This document shows positions 27,047 through 41,574 of a DNA stretch of 64,000 bases, piece after piece; within the stretch, counting starts at the first letter, position 1; every line of letters begins with the position of its first letter. The DNA comes from Bispira polyomma (Eukaryota): contig OZ287756.1 of NCBI GenBank assembly GCA_965649765.1, positions 62,868,001 through 62,932,000 on the forward strand, given 5' to 3'. A model generated the notes under the pieces. That model did no database searches, was not told where the DNA came from, and saw only the letters and a list, made by a program, of their open reading frames with translations. The translations under genes and the position numbers were made by a program.

Positions 27047-30025
27047 ATTTAATTCTATTTTTTTTTATTAAAATTACAGTGTATGTGCAATTAGTGGAGG
27101 GTTTAATTAAACCAAAAATGAGAAAAAATTGCATTTTAAGCAAGCCTTGACTAATTACTCAGTTGTGATTTCCTCCAACAGTGAACCTGTCGTGTGGTGA
27201 ACCTGTTGTGAACCTGTCGTGACATGATGCAAAGGCAATGTGAAACCCAATCGAAAGATGTGAACATGTTGTATTGTCTGCTAAAGAAGACCAAACCAAT
27301 GTTGTAGGACTATCTCTGTCAGAGAATCAATTCTCAATAATAATAATAGACAATCTTCCACTGGGAAGTGTGTAGTTATATATTCTTGTATTCGTACAGC
27401 AAGTTTGAGTCAGCGAGTAATAAGTCAATCACCTTGCTTTTGATATGACCTAATTTTCCAAAAGTCTGGGAAGTTTGTGTCAGAAAGTGATTAAATATTT
27501 AAAAAAAAAAAAATTTCAATTTTTTCAAGCAAATTTTTGCCCTTGTATATCGTGCACTGAATACTACTTCCTACTATATAACACAGCCTAATATAATCAA
27601 TACAACCATCTGTATTGTGTACTAGAATTGAATTTCAAATTTGGAATACAAATGCTATTCAAGCTTAAACATCCACACCATAATTGTATGTAAGTATATC
27701 TTAGACTGACCATGATGCAGCGTAAACAGCAGGGAACTGTTTATACAGTTAGGAACTGTAAATATGAAATTCAGGTTGGAACTCAAACACACAGTGAGAT
27801 GTCTAATATATTTCTTGTATGTATGTATATATATATATATATATAGGTACATAAGTTAAGTATATTGAGACATAAGAAAAATACTAAGAAAGGTTTCAGC
27901 TTTTGTATATTTGTAAATTGCAATAATATATGTTTGTTAACACCGTAAATAGCAAATCAGTTTCTCTATTAGCACTACTCCACCTACATGAAGACTTGCG
28001 TGTGGAATGAATAGGAAAGGGTGATCAGCTCTAGATACAAATATATATATATATATATATACTAGATAATTACTGACTCCAACTGCCAACAGATATAATA
28101 ATGAAGTTAAATAACAAAAACAATCAAGCTACTCCATGTAACCCTCATGAGTATTGGCATGTATACAAGACAGCCAAACACCATATGTTCTTGAATGTGT
28201 TTAAGCAATTTGTCTTGAATGCCATTGGTCCTGAGTTGAACTTTCTACAATAATCTCAGCAATAATTACCATGTTCAAGCAGTGCCCATTTAACAAATAA
28301 AACTGGAGTTCTGGTGTACAAATTACTAATACTTTGCTATTTGCACTGCAAACTGCATGTATTACAAATCTCACACTCATCCACCTATTATTATAAATCG
28401 ATATTAAAGATATAATGATATTCCTCACATTACGTGTACTTATAGCACATGATTATGCAGGCACAATAGCTGAATGTTTTCATACAAATCAAACATATAT
28501 TTTAGGTTTTTGTCTGGGGCAAATTTCAACTAATTTTGTTAATCTTTAATGACATAGATAATTGTAACATATATTGTCTTCAAAACTTTTTAAACAGAGA
28601 GATAGAAATCTAGAACACATTTCTGTCACATCATAAGTTGTTTCATAATTACAATATTACACTAATGTCTATAAAAAGAGAGATTATGTTTGTAATAGAT
28701 CCATCAATACGCCTACTCTATGGGAAGTATAACACACTAAACCTTCAACACATTAATAATTCTAACATATCATCTTAAACAGATTTGTACACATAAATCT
28801 GAGCTGAATCTTTCAACACCTGTCTTTTACTAGACTTCTTGTTTATAATACAAAAGACCATTACACAAATTCCCAAAATTAATTAGTTGGCGGGATCAGA
28901 TTAGGTTTCCAATACTTGCATCATCTCTACAGCAGAGATGTATTTCAACCTATTCCATCAGTTCTCTTTATATATCTCATGCTTACACTCTCTAGCTGTA
29001 TGATATCAGCGACAAATTTTCCATTTGTTAGTCAGAGTTGGGGAAATCCCAATAAAATAATTACTGGTGCTGGAGTAGTAAAGGCCCACCTTCCCTGTGT
29101 TTGACTGGAAATAAATCTTAAAAGGTCACTTTTTAATAGATGATCAAAATGACATCCCATTTAATATGTGATGTTGTTCTCAATAGAACGACAGTCATGC
29201 CTAAAATATGAATGCTTCTGAGAGATATTAGAGCCATTAAGTTGTATGTGGGCTTATAACTGCTGCAGCACCACACCATCACATTGCTATTGAATCCATT
29301 AATTATAAACACCAGCCGGCATTGGTAAAAGAAGCAAGTGGGGACAGTATGGTAAACTATAAGATTCATGCTTGTTTAGATAAATTTATTTACATAGAGG
29401 CATTAACTATCACCTCTGGAAAACACAAGCCTACATGTCATCAATACAACTGACTTCACATTTCCAGGTTTCTCACACAACATGTACATTTCAGTCTATT
29501 TCAGTCCACTTACTGTTCCTTTGCTTTTGGAACCAGTTTAAGTATGCCTTGACACCCATCTATTTGATAGAAGACATGATCTTAGTTTTCCATGTCATTT
29601 CTACTCCTAACAACTATAGTGTTTTTGTCGTTGTTCATACAACACAGTCAAGCATGGCGAACATTAAGTATACGAAATCTGCTGCATTTCATCATCCGCA
29701 GATCATTGTAATTTTGTCACTAGAGCAGTAGGACAAATACTCCGGATTGACCCCATTGAGCTCGACAGATGCGCGTTTAATTTTAAAGTTATGTGTGTAT
29801 TGCTGAACACCATCTTTGTGGATTTTCCATCCTCTTGAAATTAGAACCTCGAAAGACACTCGGGTCATTTGCAATCCACCATGAAGTCGCTTAACCATAG
29901 CCTTAATATTCATGACGATTATCCACATAACATGGCTTTGTTACTAGACTACGATTTTGAGAACATTAAAAGGATCATCAGCACTTTTGCATGCTACAAT
30001 ATACAGGAGATGTTTGCTAAAACGA

Positions 30026-30846
30026 TTAGAATGTAATTGAATGTTGTGGTAGTGTAGTGTCCTGAGTAACCTTACAATACCCTTCCAAAGTATTACTACC
30101 TGAGTGACTAAGTGCTAAGGTGTTATCTATTCCAGAATCAGATGATGTTGAACAAGAACTACCTCCAATGTATGGTTTATGATACCATGAAGCCATAGAA
30201 TGACTATCTGTAGATGAGCCCATATCCTGCTCCATAACTCTGCATGGTGCATAATTGTCAATGCTACTGCAGTATCCAGATGTACAGGTTTTGTTTGAAG
30301 TTAAAACAGTATTTGAACTGGGAGTTCCTTCATCATATGCACACATATTACTGTCTTTGGATGGTCTACCAAGTCCTACTAATATATGATCACTTTTTCC
30401 CTGTAAATAGTCTTTACACTTCATTACAAAGTACTTATCGCATAAATCACAGTCATAGTTATTATGTGTACATAATCCCACAGGACACCGAATGCATTCA
30501 CCGGTCTTGCATTCATTCCATCTGCTTTCACACAATACTGAAGAAGTACATGTATTGCATTTGCAATTAGACTCGACTTGCTTCTTAAGGCTGACATACT
30601 CATCCTCTTCCATACATTGGGAATGGTTTGTATTTAAGGATGAGATATCTATACATTTTGGCAGACAGTTTCCACAGGAGGAGGCTATGCAGTGTCTCCT
30701 TCTCTTTGGAGAACTGATGGCTTTGGTTTGCAGGAATCTATCTGCAGTACACCCTGCCAGACTGCAGTCTGTGGAGGAAGATTCCATCGACCAGGTGCTG
30801 CCGGTCCATTCTGGGTATCGAATGTCTATGTCACCTTTAACACACC
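30026..30846 (-). CDS. Terminal coding exon of an uncharacterised Cys/Ser-rich protein (about 294 aa with exon 34173-34236)
   Basis: Open frame with many Cys (CKCNTC, CKTGECIRC..C...CDLC). Strong acceptor ttcttgtattttcag| at 30847-30848, phase 1. Confidence 0.7.
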
Positions 30847-31063
30847 CTGAAAATACAAGAAATCATATGCTTGAAATAGAAACCATACAAGAAAGAAAAA
30901 AACAATCTCTGACACAGTATGTAAAGGTGTTAAGCATAGTCTTGATTTGCGATATAATTTTGCAAAGCTGAAAATCGGACACCATTTGTCACAAATCGAG
31001 TACATGAGAATGCAGGCACAGTCCTTCACATTGTCATGTGTGGTAGATATACCTTTGCTTCTT

Positions 31064-31319
31064 GGGGCTGCGGTGGCCTAGTGGTTAGCAAGCATTGCGC
31101 TTCACAATCACTGGTCTCTCACCTCTGGGTAGCGTGAGTTCGAATCCCGTCATTGCCTATGTGGGAAAGGTGGTAGTTCCTTACTGTGGGCCGCTGGTTT
31201 CTCTGCAGAACCTTGACCGACTGTATGCTGTGTTTCCTCCAGCGTTTCCAACTACCCATCCCAATATAACCTACTAAAAGGTACTAGAGTGGACGTTAAA
31301 TATCCAAATTCAAATTCAA
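31064..31319 (+). mobile_element. tRNA-derived SINE family A, full length, in the predicted intron
   Basis: A/B boxes and tail; 16-bp TSD atacctttgcttcttg at 31049-31064 and 31320-31335. Confidence 0.95.
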
Positions 31320-34172
31320 ATACCTTTGCTTCTTGTGTTTTATGGAACTTTGTTGAATATATTGTTCAATAAATTGTATATTTGATTTATTCCACTGCTT
31401 ACAATAATATTATCATAAATGTATCGTGTCAACCTCATATCTTAGTTATGTTTTGTGCTAGAAAATGACATACATAAGCCTTTGCAGCTGGACAAAATTG
31501 ATTATTTTATATTTTCTCGGTGCAATTATATATTGGTTTTATTGCATGCATTATACAATAAAAAATAAATATATCCAATAAATAAAAGTATAAATTAGGG
31601 CCAGGTGAATGGGTGAGGTGGAGACTGCACATAAAAATGGCAGTGTTTTGAACTAGTAAATGAATTTTAAATATTTACCACATCACTTTTCAATGAAGGT
31701 CGGAGTATTCCTATTAGGATTATCTCATATATTGTGCCACGTACACAGCTTAGACATTTAATAACAGTAAAAAGTGTGTTTAAAACTTCTGTTAAACCCA
31801 AGTTAAACTCAAATATATTTGGCTTTGGAGACCAAAAAGATCTGTGCCATCTATTTATAACCACAGCTGACGCCAGCACATGTTTGGCTATATATTATAC
31901 ACCTACATAATGTACTTTAAATGGTACTTACTTGTGAATACAATCCCCATTGGTATGCTATAGATACAGTATACACTAACTGTTAAACAGATATTCCGAG
32001 GAGACATTGAACATATATATTCCAGATCTACCAGCTTGGCTTGGATTGTAGTTACATTTGAATATAACTGCCCCCTAGAAATGTAGCATATAACCACATC
32101 ATAACCACGGAACAACAGAAGGGTATTTTTAGGATACACGAATAGCCACCAGTAAAAAGCACTGCACTGTACTTTATTTTATGTGTTTCAGAAGAAATAT
32201 CAATTTTACTAAATATGAACACCACAAAAGATCAGAATGTGTGTTTAAACTCGCTTTACATATATATATATATATATACATAATACTTATGGGCCATTTA
32301 AAAAGCAGGCTAAATATTAACTAACTTTTCGAGTATACATAGTCTCAATTTGTGATTTTATTAACAATCTGTTAAATTCAATAGAATCACTATTAAATGT
32401 ATTATTCTGAAACACTCCCAGGAACACACACACACATTCACACTTGTCAGGTTTATTGACACTTATATTAGAATAACCCTCGACAATTGTCATAAGTGCT
32501 AGGTTTTTCATAAAGCGCAGATTGTAAATAACTTCAGACTACATAGCTGTTAGTCACAGATAAATAAACATGTCTGGGTTTCTAATTTCTGATGTTTGTA
32601 AACATAATAAGGCAACCCTTTTCCAAGCAAGTTTTTTTTTTCAATTTTCACTTTTTTTTAACCAGCTGAAATTTGTTAGTGTTGATTTAAAATTGAAATA
32701 AAATAAATTTAAATTGTACTAATAGAAACAGCAGCTATATATGTCTGTGTCATTGTTTTAAACCCTACAGAAATCAGACAGATTTAATCATATTGGATTT
32801 CTACTGACTTTATTTATAGAGAGAACTGAATTCACATGGTTATGCAATGATTAAATTAGCATTCTATTTTTATATACAACAATTTCCCCCAACACATGAC
32901 AATGGATGATTCATCATATATCGATATTTTTAGCCAATAACCACGAGGTAAAAATCATAAACTGTGACTCATATCATATAATTACACCACAAAAAACGTG
33001 AACAACTCGCGCACTATAAAATTCCCCATGGTTATTATGTCTCGTTGACTACATATTCTAAGGCAAGATCAAGATTGTACAGATCAAGTTCCATTATTTT
33101 TTGGGGGGATCTAGTATTATGTGAAAACTGCAGCATCGAAACAAGAAGAAGGAAATTTTAGGGGTAATGGATTGTTGGAAAGCTTTTTGGGGGGGGTTTT
33201 GGAAAATAATTCTATTGATGTAACATTTATACATCAATAGCCAAAAAATACCTTAACATTCTGCAAACCTTACTTGTACATAGTCAGCACAATTCAAATG
33301 CAAATGAGAGATCATATATCATCAAATTATTTAGTTTAAATGAAGCATTTTTTTTTATATTTGACTATTCTTACATTTCTGTATGGCAAGATGACATAAG
33401 ATTCAAGCCCACATGCCAATTTAATCCACATTAGAATAGGAGCTTTAAATAGAAATGGGAAATTATATCCAGTGACCGCATACGTAGAAACTAATGACAA
33501 CGCAGTTATGGCAGTGTGCCAAGAGTATTGTTGTACATACATTTCCCATTTGATCAGCTAAAATATAAACACATATAAACAAAATAGACGAATTAATTAC
33601 ATTCACTGTTGAATTTGTGTGCAGCGCACAAAGTTTAAAAAGTTAAGGTAAAAATGTGTTGTTTTGAACATTTTCTTTCCCACAAATAACAATGTGTACA
33701 AGGTTTATAAAGTCATGATCTATATGGGCACATAATGTATCAGTAATAACGTGTCCATTTAAACCATTACATATTTATTTTGCAGAATAGACGCACCCTT
33801 ATAAGTTAACTAAAACCATTAATCACTGTCATATGACAGTGTCATTATTAGAACGCAAGTTCACATTTCTGTTTATTATTATGTAATCTAATCTAAAATC
33901 AATTCTTTGATGGCACTTAATCTCCTTACGGCTGGATTCTAAAGTGCAACAACCATAATCATTGTTCACTAATCATCTTGTGGTGTACAGAAAAAAGTGT
34001 CGGTGTTGGTAGGGCCGTGTCAGGTGGGTCAAGCATTTTGATAGAGATATAGGTCTTAATATTATTGGTATTTTATGCCAGCTGATAAAATCAGTGTGAT
34101 GTTGTTGTGGGTCTGCATTGGTGATAAGTGTCTACTTTTCCAACAACTACATGTCCTACAGACATGACTGAC

Positions 34173-34236
34173 CTCTCATCACGTCCGGTGAGAACATTAT
34201 TTCGCTTTCGGATTCTGACAGAGTGTGTCTGGTCAT
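34173..34236 (-). CDS. Putative first coding exon (MTRHTLSESESEIMFSPDVMR-G) of the 30026-30846 gene
   Basis: ATG at 34236; donor gag|gtcagt at 34172; 64 nt (phase 1) joins in frame to the acceptor at 30846. Confidence 0.5.
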
Positions 34237-36169
34237 TGATTATGGCGGTATAGAAGTAATAATTATTAGGTAATTAGGTAAATAAGTATTATTGTTAGTT
34301 TTTTATTCGGGGGGTGGGGGGGGGGGGGGGGGGGGGCGGTTGCATGGTACCAAACATTGTGCATGGGATCCAGATCCATACATTACCTGGGTCAACAAAT
34401 TATTTTTAGTTTTCCCTATCTGTCTTGTACAAACAACACTTGTTCTCCACAATCACATAACATATCTTATTAACCTTTGCGTTTAAAAATCATGAAAATG
34501 GACATATAACTTAAAAGTTTAATTCACAATGACGTGTCAAAGATATCTTAAAATAGCTATGTCTGTGGTTCAGCCACTTACTAGTAGATTTGTTGAGCCA
34601 TGCATAGATAATCTTTTATGACCCAAGGTTAATCTTCAAACCCTGGATTATCTTTTGTGTTAATTTATATTACAGCTGTTTTAAATGTATGAAAACCACA
34701 AAACAAATTAAAGAAAACTGAAGGTTATATATACCCAATTTACTAATATATTTGTTATTCTAGTGATAAATACATGACGTAATCTGCATGTTAAACCTTA
34801 GGGCCACCATTTTATCGAGATATAATTGTTCCGTCCATACCCAATTGTATGCTCATTACCAATGCATATTATTTACTTTAACCACCAATATACAACAGTA
34901 TTCTTTAAAAACCCCTAGTACACCAGTAATATATTGATCGTGTCATCTTGACTTCATATATAGACATGGGAAATGTTTTAGTCAATTTTTAGATGTGTGT
35001 TAAAATAGGATAAGAAATGGTGTGTTTTTTTCATTCTATGTAGGAATTATTTTCCACATATATCAATACACGTTCTCAATGAAATCAGACACAGGTCATA
35101 TGTCCCCCCACCCCTCCTCCTAATTTCCGTTTTGAGTCACTAGGTGTATCACATGTTGGGCAAATTTAAGTTCGAAGTTTTGATAAAAGCTGGAGTCTGT
35201 TTTAGTGGGTTTCAAAATAGATACCAAAACAGGACTAATTCTTTAACTAATATAAGCTACATGATATCTCAAACTACCACCAGCTTAATGAACTAATTAT
35301 GTTTGAAGTAGTTTGAGATTTGTCGTCAGTTTGCACCAGTTAATGTAATTAGTCTAGTTTGATGTTATTAAAGACAGAGGTGTAAGTGAATCATATACAA
35401 AAATATCGGAATGTTTACTAGCTATAGATGCTTTTCATAGTGTAATTATCATAGTTTGACGTTATTACGGAAAGTGGTGTAAAGGGCGGCTCTCACATTC
35501 ACACCAGCCTTGCGATTTTCGCTGCTTACCCAGCATGTATCTGCCGCAATAAAAATGTGCATTCATCGCCAATCAAGTCTGATTTCTTATCGTTGTCTGT
35601 CAAATCGTATTTTGTATGGAGGAAAGTATAGCGATGCTCCTGCTGTGTCACGTTCATTGCGAAAATTTAAGTTTATTTTAAATTTCAGCAATGGCTGTGA
35701 AGACCTACCTGAGCTTAACCAGGATTTCAGATGGAAATCACTGTGGTGGGTTATTCCACTTACATTGAGGGATGTTTTTGAAATTTTGAACATGTCCACA
35801 ACTTTTGTTAAAATTATCTGGAGCAAATGTTGCATAAACATGTCATGAACTGCTTAGATCTGGTAATGTCTGGCCAAAAACTGGTCATAAACTTGTTAAC
35901 TCTGGTAAAAACTGGGCATATCCTGGGTATAAACTGGGCATAATCTGGTGAATAATATGCAAATGAGCATTTTCACCCATTCTCGCCAGACCTAATAAAG
36001 TTCCAATGCTCAAGGGTAAACTGGTATAAACATGGCCTAATAGTGTGATCGTAGCATAATAGTTTGAATAACAGGAAAATGGAACACAATTCCTGTTTAT
36101 CCGTCCGATCATTATAACTATAAAACTACTTACGAAAGGTCTCTGTCTTTGTCTTCAGCTTTTGTGTCT

Positions 36170-36350
36170 GAATTATTTAAGACTGCCTCCTATTGGTCTT
36201 AAGTGTTTAGTGTACAGTTAGCACTAACCCATGACCTATTTCTTGTTTTCACTGGGACTAAGACCCAAAATCTTTTACCTTTTCAGTCAAAATTAAGGAC
36301 CACAATCTTAAGACTAAGTTAAAACGAAGACCGGTTGAGAATACAGCCTA
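36170..36350 (+). repeat. Dispersed MITE-like repeat shared with 40325-40560
   Basis: cactgggactaag..c.aaaat....acctttt.ag.caaa.t.aa.gac.a.aatct is shared. Confidence 0.55.
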
Positions 36351-36555
36351 CGGTGTTCATTATTGGTTCTATTTTATTGAGCAATGTAAGACAGTTTTGT
36401 TAAAAAAAAAAAACTGCAAACTTGGCCAATTCAATAAACGAAAAAAGTAATCACACAAGAAATGGTTCAATCTGCAACTTATCTTCACTAAAATGTGGCC
36501 ATACACCTTAGGTTTGATAGAAATCCAATAACTATACCTATATAGAATCTACAGC

Positions 36556-36557
<2 letters not shown>

Positions 36558-36637
<80 letters not shown>
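36558..36637. repeat. (TA)n microsatellite
   Basis: Directly visible. Confidence 0.99.
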
Positions 36638-36639
<2 letters not shown>

Positions 36640-37154
36640 CTGTCTGTTATAAATTAATAAAAAGCCATACTTCTTTATAGAACTCACAAATACACACCAT
36701 TTCCATTTCACCGATCAGTGAATCATTGTAATAGGAGATTTCAATGACTCTGTTCAAGAAATTCATTTCAAGAAATTGCATGTGATCTGTTACTTAGATA
36801 TTTTGGCATGTATATCTTAATAGCTTATAGTAGAATTCTATGTGTAATAGGTTTCACTGAGACATTTTCTTGATAATTAATACCATGTTCACGTGCACAC
36901 TGCGTGGACAAAGTACTCGTGCACTTATTTCGCAACAATGATTTCACTCTCGCCACAGACAAAACCAGATTGAGGATTTACATACTGATGTCACCATCGA
37001 AAACCCGCTGCCTTAAATGGGAAGTTTATACTTTGGTATGTAGGTTATTTCATAGGATATATTAGTAGTGTACATGAAGTGGTGAGTGAGTCAAGGAATT
37101 AACCTAATGGTTGCATGCAGATAAATGAATATAGTTATATCTGCGCTGAAATAT

Positions 37155-38390
37155 CACTAAATAAAAGAAACCGAAAATACTGTGGCAGCCAATAGACATA
37201 AATCAGTGGATACAATAAGTGTTATGGTGTATATATTATCATGCAGCTAGGATATAGAAACAGAATAAATTAACTGGTTAGAGAGGTTTTAATCCTTAGT
37301 TATATCCAAGGGTCACAGGTTAACACTGATCCCTGGATCCGTTTGTGTGGATCAGGAGTGATTTTTTGGGGATAAGGGGGCAATGGGGTGATCTGTGTGT
37401 GAACGAAAAGACATAAACGTACTGTAACGTATGGTCTCAGTTTGAATGAAAGCAGGAATAAACTGATTTCGCATGACAATTGTCATCTTTGCTTCATTTA
37501 GTAAAGCTCTATTTGCAATCATTCAGAAATTAACACAATAATTCTACAATAATATTGCACCCTAGTCTAAAATACATTATAATTATGTCAATTTTAATAT
37601 TATGGCATTTATTAAGAAAACTCTGATATACCACTGAGTAAAATAAACTAAAAATACTGTGGCAACCTATTTATAAATCTGTGGATTCAATAATTGTTAT
37701 GGTGTGTATATTATCATGCAGCTAGGATATAGATACAGAATAAATTAACAGGTAAGAGAGGTTTTCATTCTTAGTTATATCCAAGGGTTACAGGTTAACA
37801 CTGATCCTCCATGGTGGAGGTGATGTAAGATATTAACTCTTTCGACATCCGTGTACCAATTGATGCCCAACCAGATTAAAATGGTGGCTATCTCTTTGTA
37901 AGACCATCAATTTCAAACACACTAAAAAAAGCAAAACATAATAATTTACTAAATGCCCGGTCTTGTTTAGTCAAATGTTTGGCAGTATTTGTTGCATCAG
38001 GTTCGTGGCTTTTTGTCCAAGATTAGGTTCATCCTATCGCCAACCTCACCCCCCCAAAAAAAAATCCCCTTACTTTTGTAATGGTGCGACTAATGTTCAT
38101 GGATGTCAACGAAGACTTCTGAAGCACTCCTAATAAAGGCGTTCTTTGAACAAAAGTATAGTCACAGATGGATACAAACATGATACAAACATATTTGTAG
38201 TGCATTCATATTAACAATCCAAGTAAATGAGACCTGGGTATTACTGATTTCACATGACTACTCATGTTTGCTTCATTGTTAAATCTATATTTGGAATCAT
38301 TTACAAAGTAACACAGTAATAATACAATAATATTGCCTAAAATACATAAGAATTATGTCAATTTAAATATTATGGCATTTATCATGAAAA
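37155..38390 (+). repeat. Diverged local tandem duplication (about 470-bp unit); second copy interrupted by a small TIR element at about 37833-38120
   Basis: 37155-37332 matches 37632-37807, and 37462-37620 matches 38243-38390. Insert ends ttaactctttcgacatccgtg / catggatgtcaacgaag. Confidence 0.8.
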
Positions 38391-39013
38391 TATTCCATAC
38401 TGGTGTATATTATTCAGTGTGACATCAGATCATTAAATTTTTGATGTGTTTTCCACTATACATATATTGTGTGCCTTGTAACAGAGTGGATCATAACATG
38501 TAGAACATATCTGACTAGTTTCACAGACTGTTTATTGTTATAGACATCACATTTAAATGCCTTGAGATTTTCTAGTATTTAAAATATAGTACTAATTCAC
38601 CAACGTGACATAGTTAGTGTTAAGCCTTGAATGTTTACAGCCAGATTTATAAGTATTATATGTATAAGTATAGATTAAAAGAAAAAATTAAATTTTAATT
38701 TTGCAAAGATTCTTAAATTTTGATATAATCATCGGGTACTTTCCAGTTAATGCATGTGTATGCTTATTTCTAGCCTCAACAAGATCAACAAATATGACAG
38801 AAGGCAATATTGATCCAGAGATGCACAGCAACCACATCACTGCTTTTGTGATAAAGTTTTTGTTGAGCTCATCAAGTACAAGAAAACCTTTTACTCTTCA
38901 GTGATTCATTTCTGCCACAAATCAATTACCATTGCAAAGAAATTACATAGAGACAATAACAAGAAAGAAAGTGAGGTTTTCGCAAAGACGAGCAAATTTT
39001 AACTTTCCTAAAA

Positions 39014-40297
39014 ATGCAAGTGATCTTAAAATGTTGGACCCAGTTTAAAACCTTCATTGTTTCACGTCTACTGACTGCTTGGAATACTACTACACTGCCA
39101 TGGGTTTCAGACAGAGGCAACAGTTGCAAACTTGGGACCTATTCAACCCAGGAGTCCACTGTAGTGGACAATAACAACCTAGTTATCATCCGTTCCCCTG
39201 TCCTCGCCAAATTTGCAGATGATAACTTTTATCCATACATGGATGTTATGGCCGACATACACTTCTACCACAATCAGGCCCAAAGTCCGACCAACCAGGA
39301 TAAGAGCAGGTTAGAAACTCTAATCCAAGATCAAGGACTGTCAGTGATTTGCATCGATTTGTGCTTTCCACACATTTATATCGGTTGGCGAGATGTAATA
39401 CTTAAAACTGATCTGTTGGACCAGCTGAACCCAATGTCAGTTGAAAGTAATGACCATATGCCAAAGAAACAGATGGGGATTCTGCTGAATTGTTTCCAAT
39501 GCCGTGTTTACCTTGAAACAGGTTACTTTGCTCATGCGGAACGTTGCTGTAAGCTAGCCGAAGAGGAAGTGACTCCTTTACATGACTCATGGGTAACGGG
39601 GGTTTTCTACTACACCAAAGTGTTGATAGAGTTGCATAATTCTAAACGACACTGCAACCGCGATGAAATTTTAGGTGGAGTCTTAGAGATATTTCAGAAA
39701 AGCTGTCAGGGATTTGCAGCAGATGCTGGTTTAAACTTCTGCATCAAGTACTTTCACCTGGCAGCAAAGATATTGGTGTTATGCATAGAAACAGATCGAC
39801 TGTTCCACAGTACAGTTGTGATGAAGGGGGATATGTTCCAGGATAGAGCCAGCCCTCTGAAAATGAGGTTAAGAAAAATGATGGATAATCTTGAGAAGCT
39901 CATTACGTATTCAAAAAAAAGTAAAATGAAGTACTGGCCTAAAACCTTGGAGAGTATGAGAGAATATATTGAACAAAGTATAAATCTACTCAACATAAAT
40001 CCAACGTCTGAGCAAAAACGAATTGAGAAATTAAAAGAGCAGTCCATGGCATACATATCTGTTTTAATCAAACACCCAACTCATGAAAAAACTACTAAAA
40101 ACCCAAACAATGCTCTATTTACTGTGTTGAGAAATGCCTTCCAGGTACCAGAAAGTACAGTAAATGAGCATGTAGATATTGAAAGGACTATGGCCACAGA
40201 ACGGGAGTGTAACTACCATACTATGGACAGTATGTCAGATATAGGTGACCTGTCCTCCGACGATCCAAATAAATATGAATCTGACTGTGTAATGTAA
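39014..40297 (+). CDS. Uncharacterised alpha-helical (TPR-like) protein, paralog 1
   Basis: 427-aa ORF, clearly homologous by eye to 59964-61367 (PHIYIGWRDV, CRVYLE, W..GVFYYT, SKMKYWPKTLESMR). Start codon uncertain. Confidence 0.8.
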   Translation: MQVILKCWTQFKTFIVSRLLTAWNTTTLPWVSDRGNSCKLGTYSTQESTVVDNNNLVIIRSPVLAKFADDNFYPYMDVMADIHFYHNQAQSPTNQDKSRLETLIQDQGLSVICIDLCFPHIYIGWRDVILKTDLLDQLNPMSVESNDHMPKKQMGILLNCFQCRVYLETGYFAHAERCCKLAEEEVTPLHDSWVTGVFYYTKVLIELHNSKRHCNRDEILGGVLEIFQKSCQGFAADAGLNFCIKYFHLAAKILVLCIETDRLFHSTVVMKGDMFQDRASPLKMRLRKMMDNLEKLITYSKKSKMKYWPKTLESMREYIEQSINLLNINPTSEQKRIEKLKEQSMAYISVLIKHPTHEKTTKNPNNALFTVLRNAFQVPESTVNEHVDIERTMATERECNYHTMDSMSDIGDLSSDDPNKYESDCVM

Positions 40298-41574
40298 TTG
40301 CAATATAAAGTTTCTATTATTCTGGCACCAGATTCACAAAAGCTGTTAGTCTTAACTTAATCTTTTGGCTAAAGATAAGTCTCTTTAATAATTAGGACTG
40401 TCTACTGTTAGTCTCAGTGTAAAGAGCACACTAAACAAAGCTATTTTTTAAAATGTCACTGGGACTAAGCCAAAATAGGGACCTTTTAAGCCAAACTGAA
40501 AGACTAAAATCTGAGATTTAATATTGAGACTAACCCAATACCTTTTGGTAAATACCACCCCTAAAGAAAGTAATTATGTTGAAATACTACACATTCATAT
40601 TCTTACTGAACTAAAAATATGGGGGGGGGGGGGGGGGGGGGGGGTATGTGTGGTATTGTAAAAATATGTATATATAAGCCCAATCACTTGATGTTCATTC
40701 TGTAATATATCCCATTATAACTATATCATATCAACACTTGAAGTATGATTGTCACCTGTTTTTATCTGAACGTAAATAGGCAGCTACAGCTCTTTATATA
40801 ATTGGTCTGTATATAAGAATGTCACAAAGAGTTGAACCTATAGTTAAGTCACAAACACCACACATTACAGGACCAAGAAACAATTGTGTTTATCAAACGT
40901 CCTAAACACACACTAATCTAAATCTCTGCCCCTGTTGTATCTTTGGTGTACCATAAATATATCCAACATCAGACTACTTGGTTGAGTTCCTTGCTCTAAA
41001 ATTATATCAAATTGACTGTCAAACATATCTAAGTTAATCCTATAATAAAGGTAATCTCTACATTTAGATGTTTCAGTTTAGGCATAAGTTTATAAAGACC
41101 TTTGATAAATAGTGTCCCAGAAAGTAGAGGTATCATTTTTTAAGCTTCCTGTTATTACAGTGTAGACAGGAGAGGTAGCCTTATCTCCACTGTAACTAGT
41201 TGTACTTCAAAGGCAATTTAACCCAATTATTCTTCTAAAAGTGGGTTCCACTCTAACAAGAAATATATTACATATTTTTACAATAAAGACAGTAACTGGA
41301 GGGAATGTGTCAAGTTCTCCCAATTACTTGTAGGCTATGTTAATTCTATTTGTAACCTGTTAGTAATAAAATCCCACTGTATTGTAAAATATCTAATATA
41401 TTTCTTCTTCAAGACATTAATTGTAAATTCTTCTTTGTAACATGTAGGTAGGAAGTAGACTTTCTTTTTTTTTCTTATTAAATTATCCATTTTTATTTAA
41501 ATAAATAAATAAAATAAGTGTAACATTTTTATAGCGGTTTCTTTTAGTTCAGTCTCAGTGAAGCATACTGGCCG

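Noticed and set aside
29560-30000. Coding-looking stretch downstream of the Cys-rich ORF
   Set aside because: Only short frames and no recognisable motifs; probably 3' UTR.
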